DNA of 64,000 bases from an uncultured Gemmatimonadales bacterium. GTDB lineage: Bacteria > Gemmatimonadota > Gemmatimonadetes > Gemmatimonadales > GWC2-71-9. The notes below the pieces were generated by a model that was not told where the DNA came from, did not search any database, and saw nothing but the letters and a program-made list of their open reading frames with translations. The position numbers and the translations under genes are program-made. Each line of letters starts with the position of its first letter. The stretch's first letter is position 1. The stretch covers positions 1 through 64,000 of the forward strand of contig CAVSQW010000011.1 of assembly GCA_963730185.1 (NCBI GenBank), given 5' to 3'. Shown here in pieces: positions 9,969 to 19,344 of the stretch.

Positions 9969-11153
9969 CTACCCGACCGCCTCGATCATCCGCAGCAGGG
10001 TCCGACGCTCGCCCAGGGTGAGCCGACTGTGGGTGGGGAGAGTGTAGAGGCGGCTGGCCAGCTGCGCGGCTCCCGGCCGGTCGCCGTCGAGGTCGGCCAC
10101 CACCCGGTCTCGAAATCCGGGCAGCGCGGCGAGCGGATGGGGGTAGCCGGGCATGACGCCGAGGGCGCGAGCGTGAGAGCCGGAGAGCACGGGAAGGGCC
10201 TCGCCGGTGGCCACGACCGGAAAGCGAAGCCAGCCGGGCTCGGCGCCCGTCGGGATTCGCACTCCCTCGACCCCCAGTCGACCCACCAGGTGCTCCATCC
10301 ACCAGGCGCCCGCCTCACGGCGGGCCGCATCCTCGCGCCGGTTGGCCTCCCGGTTGGCAACGGCGACGGCGGCGGCGAAGGTCGAAATGCACCGCGGTGC
10401 CGGCGGCGGGTGATAGATGGTCTCACCGAGCCGGAGCTGGGGCATGGCGGCGGGCAGCGCATACAGCCCGGGCCGACCCAGCAGCCACTGCCCCGCCAAG
10501 GCCACGACCTCCCGGACGGCCTCGGTCGGCCCGGCGGCGAGCCCGCCGGCCGCGCGCCGCACCAGGGCGATGCCCCGCTCCGTGACGCCCAGCAGGGCGC
10601 CGCCCCGACCGCCGGTTCGTCCCTTGCCCCGGCCAAAGCTCAGGACGCCGACGTCACCCCCGACTCCGAGCGGCCGGCAGGCGAACCGGGCGCCGGCGCC
10701 CTGAGCGGCGTCGTCCACCAGGATCGGCTCGGTCCCCACCAGGGCGCGAACCCAGGCCAGGTCGACCGGCACCCCGAAGAAGTGGGCCACCACGACCGCG
10801 TCGGGCCGGCGGGCGGCGGCGGCCCGGAGCGAGTCCGGATCGGGCGCCAGGGTCCGGGGATCGAGATCGTAGAGCACCACCGAGGCCCGGGCCCCGTCGG
10901 CGGCGGTGGCCAGGTCGTAACACCCATAGGCCGGGAGGGCGACCAGCGGCGGGCGGTCGGAGCGGACCCCGGCCAGGGCCAGGGTGAGGGCCACGGTTCC
11001 ACTGGAGACCGGCAGGGTCTGGTCCACCCCGAACTCCTCCACCAGGGCATCCTGGAGGCGGCCGACGACCGAGGCATCGTTGCGCCCCGAGAGCCCGGCG
11101 AGGATGGCCGAGGCGGAGAGGGGGGACCAGACCGGGGGCTGACGGCGGAACAT
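9969..11153 (-). CDS. DegT/DnrJ/EryC1/StrS family PLP aminotransferase
   Basis: SSGTVAL, VDDAAQGAG, SFGRGK and LPTH motifs. TGATG coupling to the upstream gene. Confidence 0.85.
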   Translation of the reverse strand: MFRRQPPVWSPLSASAILAGLSGRNDASVVGRLQDALVEEFGVDQTLPVSSGTVALTLALAGVRSDRPPLVALPAYGCYDLATAADGARASVVLYDLDPRTLAPDPDSLRAAAARRPDAVVVAHFFGVPVDLAWVRALVGTEPILVDDAAQGAGARFACRPLGVGGDVGVLSFGRGKGRTGGRGGALLGVTERGIALVRRAAGGLAAGPTEAVREVVALAGQWLLGRPGLYALPAAMPQLRLGETIYHPPPAPRCISTFAAAVAVANREANRREDAARREAGAWWMEHLVGRLGVEGVRIPTGAEPGWLRFPVVATGEALPVLSGSHARALGVMPGYPHPLAALPGFRDRVVADLDGDRPGAAQLASRLYTLPTHSRLTLGERRTLLRMIEAVG

Positions 11154-12181
11154 CAAGGGATGGATCGGACAATCCGGGGACCGATCCGATTGGCCACCGA
11201 CATCGGAAGCCGCTTCCAGGCCGCGGTGGCCCAGGCCCACTTGGGCGAGTCGGCCGAGGGCGTGCCGGCCTCCGATCGACCGGACGGCCATTGATACCAC
11301 CAGAGCGGCTCGTCGCGGCCGCCCCACTGGGTCTTGAACCGGTGGGTGCCGCCTCCCGGCGTGCAGCGGCCGAAGTTGAAGCGGCGGAGCCCCTCGCCGA
11401 TGGCGCGCTCCATGAAAGCCCGATAGAGGCCCATGTTGGCGGCGATCCGATTGTGGGCGACGAGGGACGAGGCCCAGGTCATCTCGAACTCGTCGCCCCA
11501 GACGAACCCGGCGCCCCCCGCGATGGGTACCTCCCCGAGATAGGCGCACCCGAACCAGGCGCTGGCGCCGAAGTGAGCGGCGATCGCTCGAAAGAACGAG
11601 GCCGGCATCACCGGCGTCCCGAGGTCCCGCATGTGGCGCGAGAAGACCGCGTAGAAGGGCTCGACCTGATCGGCCCCGAAGCGCACGGTCACGCCCTCCT
11701 TGAACGGCCGCCGGACCTGGCTCCGGAGCTTGGACGGGAAGCCCTGGAGGAGGCGCTCGGGGGCGTCCGGCAGATCGAGCACGACCGTGACCTTGCGGTG
11801 AGAGACGGGGAGATCGAGCGGCAGCTCGACCCGGCTCCTGAGCTCCAGCAGCCCGACCCGCTCGACCCGAGCCAGCTCGGCGGCGTGGGCGGCGAGCGCC
11901 TGGACGGCGGCGGGCGAGCCGAGGGGACCGCCGTAGTTCAGGAAGGGGAGCGAAACCAGGTAGCGGCCGAAGAGACGGCTCCGAACCCGGACCAGGGGAA
12001 GCACGCCGGCGAGCGCTCCGCCCGACTCGCGGGCGGCGAGCCAGTAGCACCGATGCCCGAAGGTCTCACCGATCACGCCGCGCCAGGCGTGGCGGTGACA
12101 GAGGGTCGAGCCCGGAGCGGCCGCCGCGAAGGCGTCCCACTCCGCGGCGGGTCCGTCGAACTCGCTGACCGCCGCCGTCAC
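11153..12181 (-). CDS. FemAB-related protein, XrtA/PEP-CTERM system-associated
   Basis: SLPFLNYGGPL, KLRSQVRRP, MRDLGTPV, FNFGRCT and FKTQWG motifs. GTG start overlaps the deacetylase stop. Confidence 0.9.
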   Translation of the reverse strand: MTAAVSEFDGPAAEWDAFAAAAPGSTLCHRHAWRGVIGETFGHRCYWLAARESGGALAGVLPLVRVRSRLFGRYLVSLPFLNYGGPLGSPAAVQALAAHAAELARVERVGLLELRSRVELPLDLPVSHRKVTVVLDLPDAPERLLQGFPSKLRSQVRRPFKEGVTVRFGADQVEPFYAVFSRHMRDLGTPVMPASFFRAIAAHFGASAWFGCAYLGEVPIAGGAGFVWGDEFEMTWASSLVAHNRIAANMGLYRAFMERAIGEGLRRFNFGRCTPGGGTHRFKTQWGGRDEPLWWYQWPSGRSEAGTPSADSPKWAWATAAWKRLPMSVANRIGPRIVRSIP

Positions 12182-13098
12182 GAGCGGCCGGCCTCGGTCC
12201 ACGCTCGCACCGAGGTGAAGCGGAACCGGTCCAGGAGCCTCGCCATCCGGGACATGGTCCGGTCGAGACCACGGTAGTGACGAATCCGGGTGAGCAGGTC
12301 GACGGGGAGTCGAGGCTGCCCGGGGTCGACCTCCCACGGGTGGACGTAGAACACGCTCGGCTGCCGGCGGTGATCGGCCTGCCGAAAGGCGCCCTCGATC
12401 ACGGCGAAGGGCAGCTGGCGAAGGTAACCGCCACCCGCGGCCGGCACCCGCCAGCCGGCCAGGGACAGCGTGGCCATGGGAAGCTCGAGCAGGGTGCCGG
12501 CCGGCCGAGTGACGAGATAGGGGTGGCTCGGCGCGCCCGGGTATCCGTAGCCGGGCCGCCGGATGGGAAAGATGCTGGAGTCGTACCGATAGCCCTCTTC
12601 GAGCAGCAGGTCGAACGCCCACTCGGTGCCCCGGACGATCGAGAAGCTCGGGGCTCGGAATCCTTCCACCGCCGTGCCCACCAGGTCCTCGAGCACCTGC
12701 TTGGACCGGCGGATCTCGTCCCGGAAGGCCGCCCGGTCGAGGGTGTTGACCCGGTAGTGCCAGTACCCGTGCGACGCGACCTCGTGACCGAGCTGGGCAA
12801 TCCGTCGAATCAGGCCGGGACAGCGGTCGGCGACCCATCCGAGCACGAAGAAGGTGCCGAGGGTGTGGTACTGATCGAGCAGGGCGAGCAGGCGCTCGGT
12901 GTTCGCTTCGACCCGGCTCGGCTGGCGATCCCAGTCGCTCCGGGCAAGGACCTGGTCGAAAGCCGAAACCTGGAAATGCTCTTCCACATCGACCGTGAAC
13001 AGATGGTGGAGCGCCCGGGATCCGACCGGGGCCGGAGGCGGTGCGGCTCCATCGGAGTCGGCACGAGGCGAGTCGAAGTGCGGCAGAGAGAAGGTCAT
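12178..13098 (-). CDS. Polysaccharide deacetylase, XrtA/PEP-CTERM system type
   Basis: FTVDVEEHFQV, TFFVLGWVA, HEVASHG, GFRAPSFSI and FYVHPWEVDP motifs. Confidence 0.93.
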   Translation of the reverse strand: MTFSLPHFDSPRADSDGAAPPPAPVGSRALHHLFTVDVEEHFQVSAFDQVLARSDWDRQPSRVEANTERLLALLDQYHTLGTFFVLGWVADRCPGLIRRIAQLGHEVASHGYWHYRVNTLDRAAFRDEIRRSKQVLEDLVGTAVEGFRAPSFSIVRGTEWAFDLLLEEGYRYDSSIFPIRRPGYGYPGAPSHPYLVTRPAGTLLELPMATLSLAGWRVPAAGGGYLRQLPFAVIEGAFRQADHRRQPSVFYVHPWEVDPGQPRLPVDLLTRIRHYRGLDRTMSRMARLLDRFRFTSVRAWTEAGRS

Positions 13099-13120
13099 GG
13101 TTGGCGACGCCCTGCAGCAT

Positions 13121-13159
13121 AAAAACACCGGCGCCCCTGGGGAAGCCCAGGGGCGCCGG
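13121..13159 (-). terminator. Intrinsic terminator after the PEP-CTERM gene
   Basis: 14-bp perfect stem CCGGCGCCCCTGGG/CCCAGGGGCGCCGG with a 4-nt loop, followed by TGTTTTT on the minus strand. Confidence 0.85.
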
Positions 13160-13190
13160 CGCTAGGAGAGGGCGCGGGAAATCAGTCGGT

Positions 13191-13949
13191 TCAGGACTTG
13201 GCCTTGCCGTCCCGCCGGCGGCGGAAGTAGCCGACCCCACCGAGTCCGACGAGTCCGGTCGCGAGCAGCGTCATGGTCATCGGCTCGGGCACGACCTGGT
13301 AGCAGTTGGCGGCGCCAGCCGAACTATCGGATGTCCAGCATTCGGTCCGGCCAAGGGCGAGGTTCGAGCCCCGGAGCGAGATGCCGACTGTCGAGGCATC
13401 GAAGGTCTGGTTGACTTGGAAGGTGAAGGTCAGCCAGTCCGACAGCGGCGCGGTGCCGGGGTCGGCGCACGGGTTGCGGAAGAGCGAGACCGTGGGCAGC
13501 TGGGCCGCGGTGGCGCACCCGCTGGCCAGCGCGCTGCTCGGAGCCACGCCGGTCGGCTGCACCCCCATGTCGACCAGGAAGCCGACCTGCGAGTTGTTGC
13601 TGAGCTTCCATCCGGTCGGGGTTCCCTTCTTGTTCCCGGCCGCCGTGCTGGTGGTGAGGGTGCCGAGCACGGCATCCACCCCGGGGGGCACGTTGTAGAG
13701 GCCGATGGCATTGAACACGGTACCGGCGTCGCTGGCCGTGCCGTAGCTCGCCGCCGTGTTGCCCGAGAGGTTCCAGAGGCGGAGCGTCACGGTCGTGCCG
13801 GTGACGTCGAGCATGACCGCCGCGCAGGTGGCGAAGTGGTCGCCGCCGCAGTACCGCTTGTTGAGATACACCGTGGCGGAGGCGGTCTGAGCCACCGCCA
13901 CCGAGCCCACTGCCATCGCGAGTACTACCCGCTTTGCGAACCGTACCAT
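13191..13949 (-). CDS. PEP-CTERM sorting-domain secreted protein (6 Cys)
   Basis: Signal peptide ending ASA; C-terminal VVPEPMTMTLLATGLVGLGGVGYFRRRR; GGGGAG SD. Confidence 0.93.
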   Translation of the reverse strand: MVRFAKRVVLAMAVGSVAVAQTASATVYLNKRYCGGDHFATCAAVMLDVTGTTVTLRLWNLSGNTAASYGTASDAGTVFNAIGLYNVPPGVDAVLGTLTTSTAAGNKKGTPTGWKLSNNSQVGFLVDMGVQPTGVAPSSALASGCATAAQLPTVSLFRNPCADPGTAPLSDWLTFTFQVNQTFDASTVGISLRGSNLALGRTECWTSDSSAGAANCYQVVPEPMTMTLLATGLVGLGGVGYFRRRRDGKAKS

Positions 13950-13991
13950 TGCCGCGTTCTCCCCAGCCAAAGTTGACTTCGCTGCTCCCGC

Positions 13992-14468
13992 TTATGCCCC
14001 TCGAGTCTTGACGACGATCCAGCCCAACGCTCCGACATAGGCGATCAACTGCACCGTCGTCCTGACGATCGATTCCTTCAAACCCTCGAGCAGCAGCGGG
14101 TCCGACACACTCGCCAGCGCCGCGCTCACATTCCGTCCGAACATCACCGCCAGCGCCACCATCAGCAGGACCAGGAGGGCGGAGGCGAACCGCGCAAATC
14201 GAATCGTCGCCACCGACCGTTGGCCGATTCCGGCCACTGCGACCAAGCCCAGTCCGACGACCACCAAGGGCAGGTTGCCCATCACCGCCGTCGCGGTCCC
14301 GAACTCCCACTCAGCCGACCCCGGTGACAGCGGATAGAAGGTCAGTCCGATATCGACCAGAGAGACCGCCACAAACGCCAGACCCAACGACCCAACGACC
14401 CACCACTCATAGTGCTGCGGCCGCCGCACGGAGGGCTCCGCCGCCGAACCGGTGACCACTTTGCTCAT
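13992..14468 (-). CDS. 4-TM membrane protein, HpsJ-like (paralog 1)
   Basis: SLVDIGLTFYPLSPGSAEWEFGTATAVMGNLPL; four hydrophobic segments. Family call is from recalled motif similarity. Confidence 0.75.
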   Translation of the reverse strand: MSKVVTGSAAEPSVRRPQHYEWWVVGSLGLAFVAVSLVDIGLTFYPLSPGSAEWEFGTATAVMGNLPLVVVGLGLVAVAGIGQRSVATIRFARFASALLVLLMVALAVMFGRNVSAALASVSDPLLLEGLKESIVRTTVQLIAYVGALGWIVVKTRGA

Positions 14469-14515
14469 CGGGCCACCAAGTGTCGAGATTCCGGACTTCC
14501 CAGAACCAGGACAGT

Positions 14516-14530
14516 GCATGTATCAAGCCA
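14516..14530 (-). promoter_or_regulatory. Sigma-54 -24/-12 promoter upstream of the HpsJ-like/PEP-CTERM pair
   Basis: Minus strand TGGCTTGATACATGC (GG-N10-GC) in an AT-richer intergenic gap. Confidence 0.55.
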
Positions 14531-14667
14531 TGACATCGGCGCGGAACTCCATCGCTATATTGTTATAGGACAACGCCTTATCACTTACGAAAACAACTGC
14601 ATTCCGTTTTGATGACCATGATTGTTGTTGCGGCGAGACAACACCATGACTCCATCGGCGCCACACT

Positions 14668-15141
14668 TCATCGACCCTTCAACAGCCGTGACGACCGGAT
14701 CGAGTAGGCTGCCACGGCCGAAAAGGCCAGGAAGTAGATCACCGTCTGCCCGCCCATCTTCACGAGCGCCTTGATCACGAGCATCCGCCGAACACCATCC
14801 GGCGCCATGGTCAGGATCAAGGGCACACTGGTGGCCACGAAGAGGCCGAGCACGAAGACCAGGATCCCGACCAGGAGGAGGACGATACCCCAGAACAGAC
14901 TCCATCCGGTCCGGCGTCCCGCCAGCGAGGCCCCAAGAAGCATCGTCAGGCCCAGGGCGAACATCGGCAAGCGATTGAGCAGGTTGCCAATCGCGCCAAA
15001 CTCCCAATCCGGGGAGCCGAACTGGAGCGGGTATATTCCGAGCGTCAAGTCGACGCCCCCGGCCACGACCAACATGAGGCCGATTCCCGTGAGCAGGCCC
15101 CACACGTCCCATTCGTTGATGCCCGGCGCCGACGATCGCAT
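14668..15141 (-). CDS. 4-TM membrane protein, HpsJ-like (paralog 2)
   Basis: GGVDLTLGIYPLQFGSPDWEFGAIGNLLNRLPM; alignable with 13992-14468. Confidence 0.78.
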   Translation of the reverse strand: MRSSAPGINEWDVWGLLTGIGLMLVVAGGVDLTLGIYPLQFGSPDWEFGAIGNLLNRLPMFALGLTMLLGASLAGRRTGWSLFWGIVLLLVGILVFVLGLFVATSVPLILTMAPDGVRRMLVIKALVKMGGQTVIYFLAFSAVAAYSIRSSRLLKGR

Positions 15142-15201
15142 ACTCCCTGGCACGGCCAAAGACGGGGAGAAGCTAGCACCAGCTTCCCCGACCGGCTAGA
15201 G

Positions 15202-16428
15202 GTGCAAAGCCTGTCGCGACAGCATGATCCGGCCGTGGCCCGGACCTTCGTGGCTGCCGTGCTGGTGGCGGTCCTGGTGATCACGCTGACGCCGGGCGCG
15301 GCCTCGGGCCCGGCGCCCTGCCCTCCCTGGCAGTTCCGCTGTGGCGAGCTCGACTCGGTTGACTCGGCCTTGAACCTGGGCCTGTTCCTGCCTCTCGGAG
15401 TCGCCCTCGGCCTCTGGCGCCCCCGGTCGGGGACGACCTACCTGCTCCCGGTCCTGCTGAGTCTGGCCATCGAATTGGTGCAGCTCATCCCGAGCCTCCA
15501 TCGGACCGCGTCGCTCCGAGACCTGCTCGCCAATGGGCTCGGCGGCGGAGCCGGCGTCTGGCTGGGCGGCTGCCTGCCGGCCCTCCGGCGCCCGACCGCG
15601 GACCTGGCCCGGCGAGCGCTCCTGGCCGGATCCTTGACCCTGACCGGACTCCTGAGCCTGGGCGGGGCCCTGCTCCAGCCGTCCCACCCTGCCACGGTGT
15701 GGTACGGTCAGTGGGCTCCGACGCTGGGGCAATTCGATCGTTTCGGGGGGACGGTCGACGAAGCGACCCTGAACGGATGGCCGATGCCGGCCGGACGAAT
15801 CGCGGCCTCGGCCGAGTTTCGGACCCGGGCGCGAGCGACCGGCTACGATCTCGCCGCCCGGGTCCACCCCGGCTCGGCGCCGCCCGATCGGATCGCCCCG
15901 ATCGCGTCGGTATTCGACCAGGATGAGCACCAGATCGCCCTGCTCGGCCGGCGGCGGAACGAGCTCGTCTTCAGTAGCCGGATCGTCGCCCAGGATCTGC
16001 GGTTCCAGGCGCTCACCGGGGCGATGTCCGGCGCCTTCCGGCAGGGGGCGGGCGGCGCCCTTCGGATCGAAGGCCGTCGGCTCCCGGACCAGTTGGTGCT
16101 GTCCTGGGCGACGGACGCCGGCCGGGCGACCTACACCCAGCGACTGAGTCCGATCGACGCCTGGCGGGTGCTGCTGCCGGTTCAGGTGGCACTCGGGCCG
16201 GCGGCGGCGTGGATCGGGGCGACCCTGCTGGCCCTGCTGTTCGCGCCCCTCGGCTTTTGGGGGCGCCGCAGCGGGAGCGCTCCGCTCCTGGTGGCGGCTC
16301 TGACCCTGGCGCCGGCGCTGGTGGCGCTGGTGGCGCCCGGATTCGGATTCGGCCCGGCTCCGGCGGGAGCCTGGATCGGCGTCGTCGGAGGCTGGCTCAC
16401 CGGCTGGCGGGCGGGTCGGGCGGGCTGA
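15202..16428 (+). CDS. VanZ-like family membrane protein with periplasmic domain
   Basis: DSALNLGLFLPLG and IELVQ..PSLHRTASLRDLLANGLG VanZ-type motifs. Confidence 0.8.
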   Translation: MQSLSRQHDPAVARTFVAAVLVAVLVITLTPGAASGPAPCPPWQFRCGELDSVDSALNLGLFLPLGVALGLWRPRSGTTYLLPVLLSLAIELVQLIPSLHRTASLRDLLANGLGGGAGVWLGGCLPALRRPTADLARRALLAGSLTLTGLLSLGGALLQPSHPATVWYGQWAPTLGQFDRFGGTVDEATLNGWPMPAGRIAASAEFRTRARATGYDLAARVHPGSAPPDRIAPIASVFDQDEHQIALLGRRRNELVFSSRIVAQDLRFQALTGAMSGAFRQGAGGALRIEGRRLPDQLVLSWATDAGRATYTQRLSPIDAWRVLLPVQVALGPAAAWIGATLLALLFAPLGFWGRRSGSAPLLVAALTLAPALVALVAPGFGFGPAPAGAWIGVVGGWLTGWRAGRAG

Positions 16429-16438
16429 GCCGGGGCGC

Positions 16439-18292
16439 TCAGCGGGCGTCCGGCCGGAGGCCCGCGAACGACGCATGACGGGCCAGCACCTGCACGAGCG
16501 AGTCGCGCAGGGCTCGATAGGCCGGGAGCTCGGCCAGGTCGTGAAGCTGCCGGGGATCCTGCCTCGCGTCGAACAGGTGGACCACGCCGTTCCGCTGCTC
16601 GAGGAGCCACCAGTCGGGCGTCGCGAGCCCGGCGACCCAACCTTCGGATGACGGCCAGTTGAACGGCACGGTGGAGCGGCGGGGCAGCTCGATCACCACC
16701 GGCGCCGCGGCGGCCCCGGCCGCCAGCAGGCTGGGCCCGGGAAACCGCCCGGGGGACAACCCGACCGCGTCGACCACCGTGGCCGCCACCCGCTCGTTCG
16801 CCACCGGTCCAGGACGCCGGACGCCCTCCGGGATCCGGGCCGGCCAGCTCAGGATCAGGGGAACGTCGACCTGCTCCGCGAACAGGCTGTGTCCGTGCGC
16901 CAGCAATCCGTGTTCGCCGTAGCTCTCGCCGTGATCGCCGGTCACGATGATGAGGGTATTGTCGAAGAGCCCCCGCTCCCGGAGCTGATCGAACAGGCCT
17001 CCCAGGGCGGCGTCCAGTCCCAGAATGGCCTCGTCGTAACGGTCGATGTCGCGCTGGAGCTCCGCCGGCGAGGGCAAGTGGATGTCGCCGGTGATCTGTC
17101 CGATGTCCACGCCGTCCGACTGGCTGGCGGCGGGGAGAGCTCCGGTTTCGAAGCGATCCCGATAGGGCGGCTCCGGCAGGACCGGAGCATGGACGTCGAA
17201 GTAGTTCACGAAGGCGAAGAACGGGCGACCGCCCAGGCCATCGATCCAATGGAGGAGGGCACGATTCACCGCCGGCGCGCGGCGGCGGCCGGGGACGTCG
17301 ACCATCCCGAAACGGGGGAGGACACCGTAGGTCAAGAGGCGGCCGATCGTGGTTCGGGCGACGGCGTCGGCCAGGTTGCGATAGTAGTCCTCGTAGTGGA
17401 CGAAACCGCGAGCGAGCCCGGTGACCCGACCGGTCCAGAAGGTGTTGGCGACGAATCCGCCGGTGGCGTAGCCGTCCCGATCGAGCTCCTCGGCGACGGT
17501 CGGGAGGCCGGGGCCCAGGTACGGGCGCCGCATGACCCCGGCATGGTGCGAATCGACCGGGCGTCCGGTCAGCAGGGAGGCGTGCGAGGGCAAGGTCCAC
17601 GACGAGGCCGAGACCGCCCGATCGTACACCAGCGAGCGGCTGGCCAGTCGATCGAGATTCGGGGTGGTGGGCCGACCGTAGCCGTAGAGGCCCAGGTGGT
17701 CGGCTCGCTGGGTATCGATGACCAGCAGGAGCACGTTGGGACGGCCGGCGGGCGCCGGCGGCAGCCGGCCGAGCCGAACCCGCTCCCGCCAGGCTCGGCC
17801 GACGCGCAGGCCGGTGAAGGTGGCCACGGGCTGGATCAGGAGCACAAGGGAAATCAGCGACAGCCGCCGCCAGACGAGGCTACCCCAGGCGCGGTAGACC
17901 CGACGAGCGACCGCCGCGACGCCGAGGCTGACGAGCAGCACGGTCCACCAGGCGAGGACCGGCCCGGGCATGCGGGCAGCGAGATAGCCGGCTAGCGCCC
18001 CACCGATCACCACCAGGACCGTGTCCCAGGCGACCCGCCGGGAAGCAACCCGAGCTACCAGCCCAAGGACCAGCCCGATCGCCGCGAAGAGGAGCCCGTC
18101 GACCAGGGGGGCCACGGAGAGAATGTCGACGTCGTTGGCGGTCCGCCAACTGAGCGCGCCGGGGACCAGGAGCAACCCGCTGACCCCGAGGCCTTCGACG
18201 GTGCCGACCACGAGCCCGAAGGCGAGGCCGAGGCGGACCAGATCGACGACCCCGGTGTGGGGGCCCGAGCGCGGAGTGTCCGGAACGGTCAC
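16439..18292 (-). CDS. Membrane-anchored sulfatase-like hydrolase/transferase (alkaline phosphatase superfamily)
   Basis: About 5 N-terminal TM segments, then PNVLLLVIDTQRADH, SSWTLPSHASLLTG, NYFDVHAP and TGDHGE. Confidence 0.88.
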   Translation of the reverse strand: MTVPDTPRSGPHTGVVDLVRLGLAFGLVVGTVEGLGVSGLLLVPGALSWRTANDVDILSVAPLVDGLLFAAIGLVLGLVARVASRRVAWDTVLVVIGGALAGYLAARMPGPVLAWWTVLLVSLGVAAVARRVYRAWGSLVWRRLSLISLVLLIQPVATFTGLRVGRAWRERVRLGRLPPAPAGRPNVLLLVIDTQRADHLGLYGYGRPTTPNLDRLASRSLVYDRAVSASSWTLPSHASLLTGRPVDSHHAGVMRRPYLGPGLPTVAEELDRDGYATGGFVANTFWTGRVTGLARGFVHYEDYYRNLADAVARTTIGRLLTYGVLPRFGMVDVPGRRRAPAVNRALLHWIDGLGGRPFFAFVNYFDVHAPVLPEPPYRDRFETGALPAASQSDGVDIGQITGDIHLPSPAELQRDIDRYDEAILGLDAALGGLFDQLRERGLFDNTLIIVTGDHGESYGEHGLLAHGHSLFAEQVDVPLILSWPARIPEGVRRPGPVANERVAATVVDAVGLSPGRFPGPSLLAAGAAAAPVVIELPRRSTVPFNWPSSEGWVAGLATPDWWLLEQRNGVVHLFDARQDPRQLHDLAELPAYRALRDSLVQVLARHASFAGLRPDAR

Positions 18293-18354
18293 CGAGCAAC
18301 CCGGCCAGATGGGCGGCGCTGGCGCGGCCCGAGACGCCGCCGCCGGGGGTCCAT

Positions 18355-19344
18355 CTAGAACAGCACGACGTCCCCGGTGTCACGGGGCTTCAGCGTCCAA
18401 CCGCCATTGCCACTGGGCACCAGCACTCCGCGGGCGTTCAGGGTCCGGGTGGGACGGAAGCCGGTCCGAACGAAGTTGATGTTGCCGTCCAGGACGATCA
18501 CCAACGAGCCGCTCCCGTCGGTGACCGTGACCCGGAAATCCGGGGCATCGGTGACGGTGTCGGTGATTGCGGCGCCGGTGATCTGGACCAGATTCGCGTC
18601 GAGCGTCCCGGTGGCCGCCGAGGCCGCGGTACCGGTGTTGACCTGGACCGGGATGGGCGGCGGGCGGGTCGCGAACCGGGCCAGCACCGCCAGATCGAGC
18701 GTGGGCTGTCCGGTCCGGGTCGAGGTCACCCCGAGGACGCTGACGCTGTCGCCGGGCGAGTTGCCGGTGAGGCCGCCCCGGAGGGTGACCTGGGTGAGCC
18801 GCATGGCCCCGGAGCTGTCCGAGACGTACGAGGTGGTGTCCCGGAAGGATTGAACGCCGGCGAGCACGATGCCCCGGACGAAGATCCGCTTGCCGAGCGG
18901 GAGCGTGCGGGCCTCGCGAAAGGTCACTTCGGGGTACTGGAGCCGGACGACCGCGCCGACGGTGTCGGGCTGGACCTCGAGCCGGACCTCGTTGGAGTCG
19001 ATGGCGGCGACCTCGACCGAGTCGCCCAGGCTCGCGGCGACGATGGCCAGGCGATACTCGCCCCTGGGCACGTCGTTGAAGGTTGCGATCCCGATGGTGG
19101 TGGTCAGGGCCGTCTTCAGGGTGTCGTCCGACCCCTTCAGCAGCAGGGCCACCCGGGCATTGGCGTAGGTGGTGTCGAGGGCGGTCAGGGTCCGGGACCC
19201 GTCGCGGTCGAGATAGGCCAGCACCTGGATCGTTCCCGGCTTCTCGGCCGGGAAGGCCAGGTCGGTGCTCGAGCTACAGGCCGCGGCCAGCGCGGCGAGG
19301 ACCAGCGGAGTGGCGACCCGGGGTCGCAGGATTCGGCCGCGCAT
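18355..19344 (-). CDS. Lipoprotein coupled to the TonB-dependent receptor (prealbumin/SdrD-B-like domain plus probable OB folds)
   Basis: Lipobox LAAAC; YLDRDGS motif; translational coupling at 19344. Confidence 0.8.
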   Translation of the reverse strand: MRGRILRPRVATPLVLAALAAACSSSTDLAFPAEKPGTIQVLAYLDRDGSRTLTALDTTYANARVALLLKGSDDTLKTALTTTIGIATFNDVPRGEYRLAIVAASLGDSVEVAAIDSNEVRLEVQPDTVGAVVRLQYPEVTFREARTLPLGKRIFVRGIVLAGVQSFRDTTSYVSDSSGAMRLTQVTLRGGLTGNSPGDSVSVLGVTSTRTGQPTLDLAVLARFATRPPPIPVQVNTGTAASAATGTLDANLVQITGAAITDTVTDAPDFRVTVTDGSGSLVIVLDGNINFVRTGFRPTRTLNARGVLVPSGNGGWTLKPRDTGDVVLF

